From an uncultured delta proteobacterium (lineage in GTDB: Bacteria; Desulfobacterota; Binatia; UBA9968), in the NCBI GenBank assembly GCA_963745035.1, contig CAVUVW010000013.1:1152001-1216000 (forward strand): a stretch of DNA of 64,000 nt, read 5' to 3'. A model generated the notes under the pieces. The model was not told the origin of the DNA. It did no database searches and saw only the letters and a list, made by a program, of their open reading frames with translations. Shown one piece after another: positions 39,007 through 48,221 of this stretch. The position numbers were made by a program, and so were the translations under genes. Numbering within the stretch: position 1 is the stretch's first letter; every line of letters begins with the position of its first letter.

Positions 39007-39978
39007 ATGAAAGCCGTTCGCATTCATAAATTTGGCGATAGCGAAGATGTCCTCCAGTACGAAGACGTGCCCGTTCCTGAGCCGAAAGCGGGAGAGGTGC
39101 TGATCAAAGTCGAGGCGGCGTCGTTGAATCGCGCCGATTTGAGCTTGCGCAAGGGCGCATATCGCATTTCGCCGGACCAGTTGCCGGTAATTCCGGGACG
39201 GGAGTTCGCCGGCACCGTCGAAAAGCTCGGCGCCAACGTGAACGAATTCAAAGTCGGCGAGCGCGTCGTCGCTTATCCGAGTCTCGGCGGCTACGCGGAG
39301 CGCGCGACGGCGAAAACCACCGAGGTGCGCCCCTTGCCGGACGGCATTACCTTCGCGCAGGGTGCGGCGACGCCGACGGTTTTCCTCACCGCCTGGTTCG
39401 GCTTGTTGACCGACGGCAATCTCAAGTCTGGCGAATGGCTGCTCGCGCAAGGCGGCAGCAGCGGCGTCGGCACGGCGGCGATCCAGATCGCCAAGCACTT
39501 CGGCGCCAAGGTGATCGCCACCACCGGCAGCGAGGAGAAAGCGCGGCGTCTGCGCAAGCTCGGCGCCGACGTCACCATCGACGTCTCGCAAAACGACTTT
39601 CTGCCCGAAGTCATGCGCGTGACCGACAATCGCGGCGTCGATGTTGTGTTGGAAATGATCGGCGGCGAGGTCTATCAAAAGAGTCTTCAAGCGCTTGGTC
39701 CCGGCGGCCGTCTCTTCTCGATCGGCGGCGCGTTCGGCGCGATTCCCGACACGCCGCCCAACCTGGCGGAGGGACGCAAGGCGACGCGTTTTTCCATCAC
39801 CAACTATCTGAAGGCAAAGCCGGAAGATTTTCAAAAGCTCGACGAGATTCTCAAGCTCGTGGCAGAAAAGAAATTCCAGGTGCCCATCGACAAGAGCTTC
39901 CCGCTGGCGCAAACGCGAGAGGCGCAGCGCTATCTCGAGGGGCGCGGGCATTTCGGCAAGGTGATGCTGACGATGTAA
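39007..39978 (+). CDS. NADPH:quinone oxidoreductase (MDR/zeta-crystallin family)
   Basis: LNRAD; PGREFAG; GGSSGVG; HFGKV. Confidence 0.92.
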   Translation: MKAVRIHKFGDSEDVLQYEDVPVPEPKAGEVLIKVEAASLNRADLSLRKGAYRISPDQLPVIPGREFAGTVEKLGANVNEFKVGERVVAYPSLGGYAERATAKTTEVRPLPDGITFAQGAATPTVFLTAWFGLLTDGNLKSGEWLLAQGGSSGVGTAAIQIAKHFGAKVIATTGSEEKARRLRKLGADVTIDVSQNDFLPEVMRVTDNRGVDVVLEMIGGEVYQKSLQALGPGGRLFSIGGAFGAIPDTPPNLAEGRKATRFSITNYLKAKPEDFQKLDEILKLVAEKKFQVPIDKSFPLAQTREAQRYLEGRGHFGKVMLTM

Positions 39979-39998
39979 GAGAGCCATCTCCAACGTCA

Positions 39999-40087
39999 GA
40001 AAGATTTCTCCCTTTCGGTCGAAATGACAGGGGACCCATTACAACCATTGTCATTTCGAGGGAGCGCCGCAACCGAGAAATCTTTCC
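39999..40087. repeat. Inverted pair of GTCATTTCGA..GAGAAATCT REP-like units
   Basis: gaaagatttctccctttcggtcgaaatgaca ... tgtcatttcgagggagcgccgcaaccgagaaatctttc. Confidence 0.8.
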
Positions 40088-40210
40088 TTCGATGAAATGA
40101 AACAACGAGCAACAGACGCACGTCTCTTGCCCTTCTCCTTGTCTCCCGTCTTTTTGTCTGTTTTCCTCCGCTGGTAGCCCGGGTTTTGCCCCTCTGGTAA
40201 AATACGTCGG

Positions 40211-41254
40211 ATGGACAACGCGACGGAAAAGGCGCCGAAGTCTCAGGACGCCGGGCCGGATCTCGCCGCCATGAGCGACGAGCAGCTCTTGCAAACCCGC
40301 ATCTGCGATCTCAAGCTCAAGATTCCCGGCACCGAGCTCGAAGCGCGCATCGAGAAATTCTATTCGGAGCTGGCCGCCAAGGAGATTTCGCTCAAGCCGA
40401 TCTGTTATCTCGGCGACGAATGGTTCTGTCCCGAAGGATCGACCACCATCGCCATTCCTTTTTATCTCGCGCACCCGCGGCTAAAAAAGCTCGAAGAAAA
40501 AATGATGATGGAAGTCGAAGGCGGCACGGAGGCCTGGTGTTTGCGTCTTTTGCGCCATGAGATGGGCCACGTGCTCAATCACGCCTATCTTTTGGAAAAA
40601 GACAAAGGCTGGCAGAAGCTCTTTGGCCCGACTTCGCTGGAATATTCCGAAAGCTTTCGCGCGCGCCCCTACAGCCGCCGCTTCGTGCGCCACCTCGAGG
40701 GCTACTACGCTCAGAGCCATCCCGAAGAAGACTTCGCCGAAACCGTCGCGATCTGGCTCGCGCCCGATCTCGATTGGCGCAAACAGTATCAGGGTTGGAA
40801 AGCTCTGGAGAAGCTCGAGTACGTCGACCAGTTGATGCAGAAACTCGCCGGCAAGCCGCCGCTGGTCTTTTCCAAGGCGCGCATCAGCGACGCCGCGCGC
40901 CTGCGCTCGCGCCTCGAAGCCCACTACAAGCGCCGCCGCCGACTCTACGCACAGGAGTTTCCCGATTTTTTCGACGCCGATCTCAAAAAACTATTCGTCG
41001 AGCCCGCCGCGGCGCCGAGCGGGGAACGGGCGGCGGTGTTCCTGCGCCGGTCGAACAAATTGATTCTCAACGCCGTCTCGGCGTGGACGGGCGAGCCGAA
41101 GTTCACCATCAACCGCGTTTTGCGCGCGCTCACCGAGCGCTGCGCCGAGCTCGACCTCCGGCTCAAGGCGGAGTCGGCGGCCATCGAGATTTCCGCCTAT
41201 CTGGCCACTCTCGCGGCGCATTATCGGCTGACGGGAAAATTCAAGGATTCCTGA
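40211..41254 (+). CDS. Putative zinc-binding metallopeptidase
   Basis: LRHEMGH (HExxH) and YAQSHPEEDFAET. Confidence 0.85.
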   Translation: MDNATEKAPKSQDAGPDLAAMSDEQLLQTRICDLKLKIPGTELEARIEKFYSELAAKEISLKPICYLGDEWFCPEGSTTIAIPFYLAHPRLKKLEEKMMMEVEGGTEAWCLRLLRHEMGHVLNHAYLLEKDKGWQKLFGPTSLEYSESFRARPYSRRFVRHLEGYYAQSHPEEDFAETVAIWLAPDLDWRKQYQGWKALEKLEYVDQLMQKLAGKPPLVFSKARISDAARLRSRLEAHYKRRRRLYAQEFPDFFDADLKKLFVEPAAAPSGERAAVFLRRSNKLILNAVSAWTGEPKFTINRVLRALTERCAELDLRLKAESAAIEISAYLATLAAHYRLTGKFKDS

Positions 41255-41257
41255 TTC

Positions 41258-42277
41258 ATGGTCAGAGCCCGAAAGCGCCACAAGGTTCTCGTTCTTTTCG
41301 ACACCGCCGGAACGCCGCCGGCGGATCAGGATTTTACCAAGGAGTTAAAAACCGACGACTGGGCCGCCGAAGCCCACGTGATCGCCGCGCTGCAGCAGCT
41401 CGGCCACGAAGTGCGCACCATCGGCGTGTGGGACGAGCCCGGCATGATCATCGACGAGATCAAAGCCAATCCGCCCGACGTGGTCTTCAATTTAACCGAG
41501 CATTTCAACGAGGTCTCCGCCTACGATCGCAACGTTGCCGGCCTGCTCGAGATGATGGGCGTGCCCTACACGGGATCGAGCCCGACGGGATTGACCCTGT
41601 GCAAGAACAAGGGAATGGCCAAGGAACTGCTCGCCTACCACAAGATACGTGTGCCCAACTTCGCGCTCTTTTCGCCGAAGGCGACGATTAAGAAGCCGCC
41701 GCGCCTCAAATTTCCGCTGTTCATCAAGCCCGCCGAGGAAGAGGCGTCCTACGGCATCTCGCAGGACTCCTTCGTCGAGACCGAAGAGGCGCTCGAAGAG
41801 CGGATTCGCTTCATCCACGAGCGTATGAACCAAACCGCCTTGGCCGAGGAATATATCGAAGGAAGGGAAATTTACGTCAGCCTCATCGGCAACGAGCGCC
41901 TCCAAGTCTTGCCGCTCCGGGAGGTGATCTTCACCGAAGTTCCCGCGGACCAGCCAAAATTCTCCACATTCAAAGCCAAGTGGGACGACGCCTACCGTAA
42001 ACGCTGGGGCATCCAGAACGTCTTCGCCGAACCGTTTCCCGACGGCACCGTTCAGCGCATCGGCAAGATCTGCAAGGCCGTCTATCGCGCCCTGCGCATT
42101 CACGGCTACGGTCGCATCGACTTGAGAGTGACACCGGAAGACGAGGTCGTAATTCTCGAAGCCAATCCCAACCCCAACCTGGACCGCGACGACGAGTTCG
42201 CGCAATCCGCGATCAAGGCCGGCCTCACCTACGAGCGCATGATCCAGCGGATTCTGCGCTTGGCGCTGTCCCGGTAA
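41258..42277 (+). CDS. ATP-grasp ligase (D-Ala-D-Ala ligase-like)
   Basis: VPYTGS; FIKP..E.ASYGI; EEYIEGRE; GYGRIDLR; LEANPNP. Confidence 0.88.
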   Translation: MVRARKRHKVLVLFDTAGTPPADQDFTKELKTDDWAAEAHVIAALQQLGHEVRTIGVWDEPGMIIDEIKANPPDVVFNLTEHFNEVSAYDRNVAGLLEMMGVPYTGSSPTGLTLCKNKGMAKELLAYHKIRVPNFALFSPKATIKKPPRLKFPLFIKPAEEEASYGISQDSFVETEEALEERIRFIHERMNQTALAEEYIEGREIYVSLIGNERLQVLPLREVIFTEVPADQPKFSTFKAKWDDAYRKRWGIQNVFAEPFPDGTVQRIGKICKAVYRALRIHGYGRIDLRVTPEDEVVILEANPNPNLDRDDEFAQSAIKAGLTYERMIQRILRLALSR

Positions 42278-42424
42278 CTGCGTTCCGGCGTATCCTACCT
42301 GCCGAAGTCTACCGCGCTTCGTTTGATCACTCTGATCATGTTTCACCTCCTGAGCCAAATGTCCTCCCGAACTTCCGCCGCGGGTCTTCGCTGCCACGCG
42401 GTATCTCGATGTGATCCAGCCGGA

Positions 42425-43465
42425 TCACTTCGCCAACAGCGTTTTCATCTTGGCGATCACATCGGGCGATTGGCTGGTGACCTCCTTGGCGAGCTTTTCA
42501 AGCTCTTCGGCGCTCGAAGGGTCGAGCTCCAGCTTTTGCTTCGCCGCATCCGCTTTGACGGCTTCATCGTTCAAGGTTTTTTCGAACGCCGCGCGCATCG
42601 TTTTGACGTGCTCCGCGGGCGTGTTCGGCGGCATGACGTAGGGGCGGCCGAAATCGCCGGCCGCGAGCACCAGGGTTGCCAGGCTCCGGTCCGCCGGCGA
42701 AGATTTATATTGGTCCATAAGCTCATAGATCGTTGGCACGTCCGGGATGCGCTTGTCCCGCTTCCGTCCGGTTTGCATCAGCACATTGACGAATTTTTTC
42801 TTGCGCCAGGTCGTAAACGGCTCGCGGGCGAAAAACGCCGTCAAGGTAAACGAGCGGCAGACCACTTCATTGCGCTCGACGGCGAGGTCGATGTCCTGGC
42901 CCGACTGGTAGCCGAGGACGATCTCAAAGTTGGTGCCGATCGCTTCGTCCAAGAGTTTCGGCACGTAGTACGCGGTCGAGCTGGTGCCGGTGGCGCCGCA
43001 TTTGGGCGGCGGCGAAGCCTTCACCACGTCGTGAATGGTTTTGAAGCGGGAATCGGCGCGCATATAGAGCAGGTGATTCGACGTCACCGGGCTACCGATC
43101 CAGGCGAATTTGCTCCAGTCGAATTTCACTTCCGGACGCTGCACGACCTGATCGAAGTAGAGCGCGGGAAATATCGCGCCCATCGTCAGGCCGTCCGGAT
43201 TGGAAACGTTATAGACGAAATTCGCGGCGATCATGGAGCCCGCTCCGGCCATGTTTTGCACGATGATATTGGGATTGCCGGGAATGTATTTCGGCATATG
43301 CTGCGCGAACAGGCGCGCATAAAGATCGTATACGTCGCCCGCCTTGGTGCCGGCGACGATGGTGATCGTCTTTCCCGCGTAATAAGGCTTTTGCGCCATA
43401 CCCGGCGCGGTCCACAGAAGTATTACTAGCGCTGTCAAAATCACGCTGCTCGATCGTTGGAACAT
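42425..43465 (-). CDS. TctC/Bug tripartite tricarboxylate transporter substrate-binding protein
   Basis: YAGKTITIV; HMPKYIPGNP; NMAGAGS; PDGLT; PDVPT. Confidence 0.9.
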   Translation of the reverse strand: MFQRSSSVILTALVILLWTAPGMAQKPYYAGKTITIVAGTKAGDVYDLYARLFAQHMPKYIPGNPNIIVQNMAGAGSMIAANFVYNVSNPDGLTMGAIFPALYFDQVVQRPEVKFDWSKFAWIGSPVTSNHLLYMRADSRFKTIHDVVKASPPPKCGATGTSSTAYYVPKLLDEAIGTNFEIVLGYQSGQDIDLAVERNEVVCRSFTLTAFFAREPFTTWRKKKFVNVLMQTGRKRDKRIPDVPTIYELMDQYKSSPADRSLATLVLAAGDFGRPYVMPPNTPAEHVKTMRAAFEKTLNDEAVKADAAKQKLELDPSSAEELEKLAKEVTSQSPDVIAKMKTLLAK

Positions 43466-43501
43466 AGGTGTCCTCCTGATTTTTTTGGATCGACTGTGTT
43501 G

Positions 43502-43645
43502 CTATTTCTTGCCCCAGAAGTTTTTTCACCCGCGTTACCACGCCGGGCGGCTGGCTCAACATTTTTTCGGCAAGCGATTGCAGTTCTTCGCCCGAGACAT
43601 ACTCGACGTCCAATTTCGTTTTCTTGGCTTCATCAACAAGAGCAT
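43502..43645 (-). pseudogene. Remnant 3' end of a second TctC/Bug gene
   Basis: ALVDEAKKTKLDVEYVSGEELQSLAEKMLSQPPGVVTRVKKLLG aligns with C-terminus of 42425-43465. Confidence 0.7.
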
Positions 43646-43827
43646 GCCCGCCGTTTTCATGGGGATTTACTCCTCTCTCGCAATGATCGACGATTTCTAA
43701 AATGCACACTGCAAAAGCTTCCCGCGTCGAAAGCACAATGCCGCATCAAGCCCGGCCAAAACTCATTCCTCATAGCGTGCTCCATTTCTAAGCTCGCTTC
43801 GCGGTGTCGATTGGCAAAACCATGCCG

Positions 43828-44855
43828 TCAATATTTCTTGCTCGTGGTGTCCGCGCCGTAGAGCTTGGCGAGAAAACCGCTCGTCTTAAGATTGTTAACG
43901 AAGCGGAGATCGACGAAATCTTCCGGCTTGGCGCTTCGCCGGCTTTGGGGTCCCAGGAGGCTTGCACCGCCAGGGTGTCGCTCAATCCCTCGAGAGTGGG
44001 ACGCATGTCCTCCTCGAGAAGCTCCGAGTACGCCACCCATGAACCTTCAAGGACATCGGGTTTCGCCCCCCGCGTATATTTCGCCATGATCCGAATCGTT
44101 TCTTTCTTGTTCGTCTTGAAGAAGTGAACCGCGTTAGCCATCGCCTGGACCATCTTCTCAACCGTTTCGGGACGCTCGCGTATAATCTTTCCAGACGTGA
44201 CCGTGCAGCTAAATTGGAAGGGGATTTTGAGCTTAGCCATGTCGATGATCAGCTTCATTCCCGCCTTTTCGCCCTGAATTTTCCCCGGCTCGGTAACCAT
44301 GGTGAAGTCGGTTTGCCCGTTGATAACGGCGGCAACTCGCGCCGGCGAACCGCCGACCATGACGGCTTGGATGTCTTTATAGTCGATGCCGAATTTACGC
44401 AGCGCCAATCGCACTGCGAAATCAGCGGATGTACCGGGAATGTGAGTGGCTAGAGTCCGTCCTTTGAGGTCCTCGGGCGATTTAATCTTCGGGCTGCCGA
44501 TAATGTAGTAAGGCAGTGTGTTGACGAGGCTGTCGATGATCACGATATCGCCGCCGGCTAATTTGCCATTGATCGCGGAGGTGCCCACAGCGCCGGCGAA
44601 TTCGATATCGCCGGCAACTAAGCTTTGGACGCCTCGCGTGCTGCCGTTGATGAAGATCAGCTCGACGTCGAGCCCGTGCTTTTTGTAAAGGTTCGCTTCT
44701 TTGGCGATCCAATAAGGAGCCGACGATCCCGGCGAGTCCGAGATATAAGCCATGCGAATTTTTTGATCCGCTCGTGCAAGTGTAAGGGGCATCAAGTAGC
44801 CGGCGGTGACGATCAGGACGGCTAGAGCGCGCTTCAGTGAAAATATTCGCGGCAT
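43828..44855 (-). CDS. NMT1/SsuA-like substrate-binding protein, 3' frameshift
   Basis: WIAKEANLYKKHGLDVE; DLKGR; true end AKPEDFVDLRFV..KLYG in shifted frame near 43935. Confidence 0.85.
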
Positions 44856-44933
44856 GGAGACCTCCTTTTTTTCTTCTCGGCTTGGACTTTCGAAAATTCG
44901 CTGCTTGCCCGACTCGAAATTTCCGCGCGCCCC

Positions 44934-45419
44934 CTAGTCAGCGCGCACGCGATACGTCCGCAACTGTCCTTCCTGGAGATAAACGTCCCGGATCAGCACA
45001 ATGCGGCCTTTCCAACGCGCCAGGATCGTATAGCCGCCGGCCGGCAGTTGGATATAAAACCACGGCGCGCGGAGCGGTATCTTCTCGACCGAACGGCCGT
45101 GATTGGCGCCGATCACCACAAAGTCGGGTACGACCAAAGTGCCGGCCCCGCTCGCGAACACCAATTTGAGATTGTAAGAATGGGAGGCGCGCTCCATGGC
45201 GCGTTGCTCGTCAAAGCTGATGCCGCCGCTTTGATAAGGATAGCCGGCTGCGGTGCGGCCCCGTGTTACGTTCGCTTTCGGAAACGACGGGTAAAGCGAG
45301 TGCGCGGCGGCAACCGGCGCCAGCAAGAGCGCGATCGCAAAGAGCGCCGCCGGCCGCTTCGAGCGGCGCGAAAACCCGAGTAGCAGGGACTCTTGGATCA
45401 TCATCGCCGCGCTTTTCAC
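44934..45419 (-). CDS. Hypothetical secreted protein
   Basis: Signal-like segment; YQSGGISFDEQ..YNLKLVFA..PWFYIQLPAG.Y. Confidence 0.65.
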   Translation of the reverse strand: MKSAAMMIQESLLLGFSRRSKRPAALFAIALLLAPVAAAHSLYPSFPKANVTRGRTAAGYPYQSGGISFDEQRAMERASHSYNLKLVFASGAGTLVVPDFVVIGANHGRSVEKIPLRAPWFYIQLPAGGYTILARWKGRIVLIRDVYLQEGQLRTYRVRAD

Positions 45420-45425
45420 TCGCTG

Positions 45426-45830
45426 CTACCTCCGATGGCCCGGCGGCGCTGCGGGCCTGCCGTGCAACTGTTTTTGCAGTTGGCGCCGGGTAACGATCTG
45501 CGTGCCTTCGATGGGATGCTCCAGCAGTTGGTGGAGAAAGCGATTGGTCTGCGTTCCGAGACGGTCGATCACGATGGTGATCATCATGGAGCGGTTGACA
45601 TCGCGCAGATTGAAGACCGTTTCGGCGACGTTGACGAGAGAGCCCTTCGATACCAGCACGGCGGCATCGAAGATCTCATGACGCGCGCGCTCCAGCGCCG
45701 CCTCACCGTCGCTTACCCGGGTCACACGGGCGCCGATGGACTGAAAGCGTCTTTCGAGAACCTGCTTCGCGTCGAAGCCGACCAGCATGATTGTGCCACC
45801 TCCGGCGCCGGTAGTGCGTTCCGACGACAT
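45426..45830 (-). CDS. Degenerate response-regulator receiver-like protein
   Basis: VSDGEAALERARHEIFDAAVL; phospho-acceptor Asp not evident. Confidence 0.5.
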   Translation of the reverse strand: MSSERTTGAGGGTIMLVGFDAKQVLERRFQSIGARVTRVSDGEAALERARHEIFDAAVLVSKGSLVNVAETVFNLRDVNRSMMITIVIDRLGTQTNRFLHQLLEHPIEGTQIVTRRQLQKQLHGRPAAPPGHRR

Positions 45831-45941
45831 CGCTGCTAATCGCACGCGCGGGCCGTTTCTATTGACGACCGGCGCGCTCAGAACTCCGCCTGCTTTTTGT
45901 CGACCCGCGTTGCCGCATGGATGCAACGCCGGCCGCGCCCA

Positions 45942-46364
45942 TCAGATGCTCACGCGGTGGTGCTTTACACGATATTGGTAGCGCAGCGGCTCGCGGATGC
46001 GTTTGCGCGGGCCGCTGCCCGCCTCGTGGTTGACGCGCCACTGCATCACGCCGATTCTCAGATAATTGGCGTTGATGTTCAGCGCTTCGCAGATATGCTC
46101 GAAAGAATAGGGCCACGAGGATTCGCGGCTGGCGATCCAAGCTTCGGCGTTGACGAAGAGCTTGCGGCCCTTGCGGCTGGTGGCTCCGAAATATTTTTGA
46201 AAGCACTCGATGGCGTCGGTCAACACCGCGAGCATGAGGCGTTGTTCCGGCTCCGCGCGCGATTTCTGCCGAAATACTTTGAAAAACTGGTGCCCCGTGA
46301 GAATGTCCGGTTCAAAATACGAGCTCGGGGCGAGCGGCTTTTCCGTGACGGTCGGCTTGGGCAT
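45942..46364 (-). CDS. Hypothetical protein
   Basis: EPEQRLMLAVLTDAIECFQ..AEAWI..WPYSFEHICEAL; AGGAGG RBS. Confidence 0.75.
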   Translation of the reverse strand: MPKPTVTEKPLAPSSYFEPDILTGHQFFKVFRQKSRAEPEQRLMLAVLTDAIECFQKYFGATSRKGRKLFVNAEAWIASRESSWPYSFEHICEALNINANYLRIGVMQWRVNHEAGSGPRKRIREPLRYQYRVKHHRVSI

Positions 46365-46636
46365 CGGTTCCCTCCTATGGCAAGCCCACGCAAGAAGGAA
46401 ACCATCATGGAATTTTGGCGAAGTTTCAGCGACTTGGAGTAATTGCCTCCGATAAAGATCGGCTCTTTTAGGGAATCAGGTAACCGATCTTCACACTGCG
46501 CCGCCCGATTGCGGCGAGCGTGTAAACATCTTGCTCACAGGCTCGTGAGGCGATGACTTGGTGGATCGAAAAGTGGCTGCATTTTGAAACAGTTAGGAAG
46601 ATGCCGATTTCGCGTCCATGCGCACAATTTGCACAC

Positions 46637-48017
46637 TCAGCCCAACTCGAACTTCTTCATCTTGTTGTAGAGCGCGCGGCGGCTGATGCCGAGAATGCTC
46701 GCCGCCAATTTCTTGTTGCCGCCCATGTGCGAAAGCGTGGCCCGGATAAACTCCTTCTGGACGGCGCGCAGGGAGGCGCCGACGCGAAATGAGCAGGTCG
46801 GCTCGCAGCGGCCGTCGCTGCCCGACACTACGTGCCTGATGCGTTCGGGAATAAACTCCGGCTTGAGCTCCTTGCCGTCGGCCATCAGCAGCGCGGTCTG
46901 GATGACGTTTTTGAGCTCGCGCACGTTTCCCGGCCAAGGGTAGCGGCGCAGAAGCCGATACGTTTCCGGCGAAACTCGCTCGATGTCTTTTCCATATACC
47001 GCGGCAAAACGCGCCACGAAATGATCGGTGAGCACCGTGATGGCGCCGGGCACGCGCTCGCGCAGCGGCGGCACGTTGATATGGAAGACGTTCAGCCGAT
47101 AGAAAAGATCCTCGCGAAAGCGCCTCTCCGCGACGTTCTTTTCCAGGTCTTCATTGGTCGCGGCGATAATGCGCACGTCGACGCCGATGTTTTTGCTCCC
47201 GCCGACCCGGCGAAACGTTTTCTCCTCGAGGACGCGCAGGAGACTCACCTGGGATTTTTCGTCCATGGTGGCAATTTCGTCGAGAAACACGGTGCCGCGA
47301 TCGGCCTGCTCGAAGATCCCGGGCCGGGTATCCTGAGCGCCGGTGAAGGCGCCGCGCTCATGACCGAAAAGCTCGCTGGCGATCAGCTCGCGCGCGATCG
47401 CGCCGGTGTTGACCGGGATGTACGGGTGATTCATGCGCGGGCTGCGCTTGTGAATGGCGGCGGCGATAAGGTCTTTGCCGGTGCCGGTCTCGCCGGTGAT
47501 CAAAACCGGAATATCGACCGCCGCCGCGTCCATGACGCTCCGAATCACCGCGCGCATCGGCAGGCCCACCGCGATCATCCCTTCGAATTCGATGGGCAAG
47601 AAGCTCATCTCGCCCGTGCGGAGCTGGCCGACGCCGTCGGTCGCGTCAAAGAGCTAAATGGTTCTCGATCAGCGATATCAGGTCCTCATCGCTGAGCGAT
47701 CGTTCTTTGACGCACACGCTGGCGGCGTCGAACATTGCGGCGTCGAAGCTCCCCGGCTCGGCGAGCACAATCATTCGCGTTCCGAACACTCTGGTCGAAA
47801 ACTCGCGGCTGCTTACCCCTCCCGCCCTATCCGCGATACTCCAGACGATCAGGTCGAACTTGTGGTTGGCCAGCTTCTCGAACGCTGCTTCGATGCAGGG
47901 CGCAGATTTGACTTTTACGTCCGCGTTGAGCTTGCATCGCAGCAGCGCCTGAGTGCGGCCCTCTTTTTCGATTACGAGAATTCGCATCATAGTCGCCTCG
48001 GCTACACAAGAATTCAT
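46637..48017 (-). CDS. Sigma54-dependent Fis-family activator (receiver-like + AAA+ + HTH), split by frameshift near 47655
   Basis: GETGTGK; GAFTGA; FLDEI; WPGNVREL; LGISRRALYNK; upstream ORF 47646-48017 is receiver-like. Confidence 0.88.
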
Positions 48018-48221
48018 CTACTCTTAAAGTAGTATTGCGTCAACCTCATTGCAATTCAAATTTCAGCAAATTGAGGACCTATTTGTCAAATTCTTCTTAT
48101 TATGTAACAGATCTGGATGATATAGAGGCATGCTCACACGTCTGTGATATACAACTTTAGACTTAGATACTGAAAAGAACCACGCTGCGGCGTGACCATG
48201 TGGACTGAGTGAAATTGGAAT

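Noticed and set aside
38842-39993. Long antisense ORFs (also 4845-5849, 10077-11123, 42323-43429, 53689-55125)
   Set aside because: Shadow ORFs opposite well-supported genes, expected at high GC.
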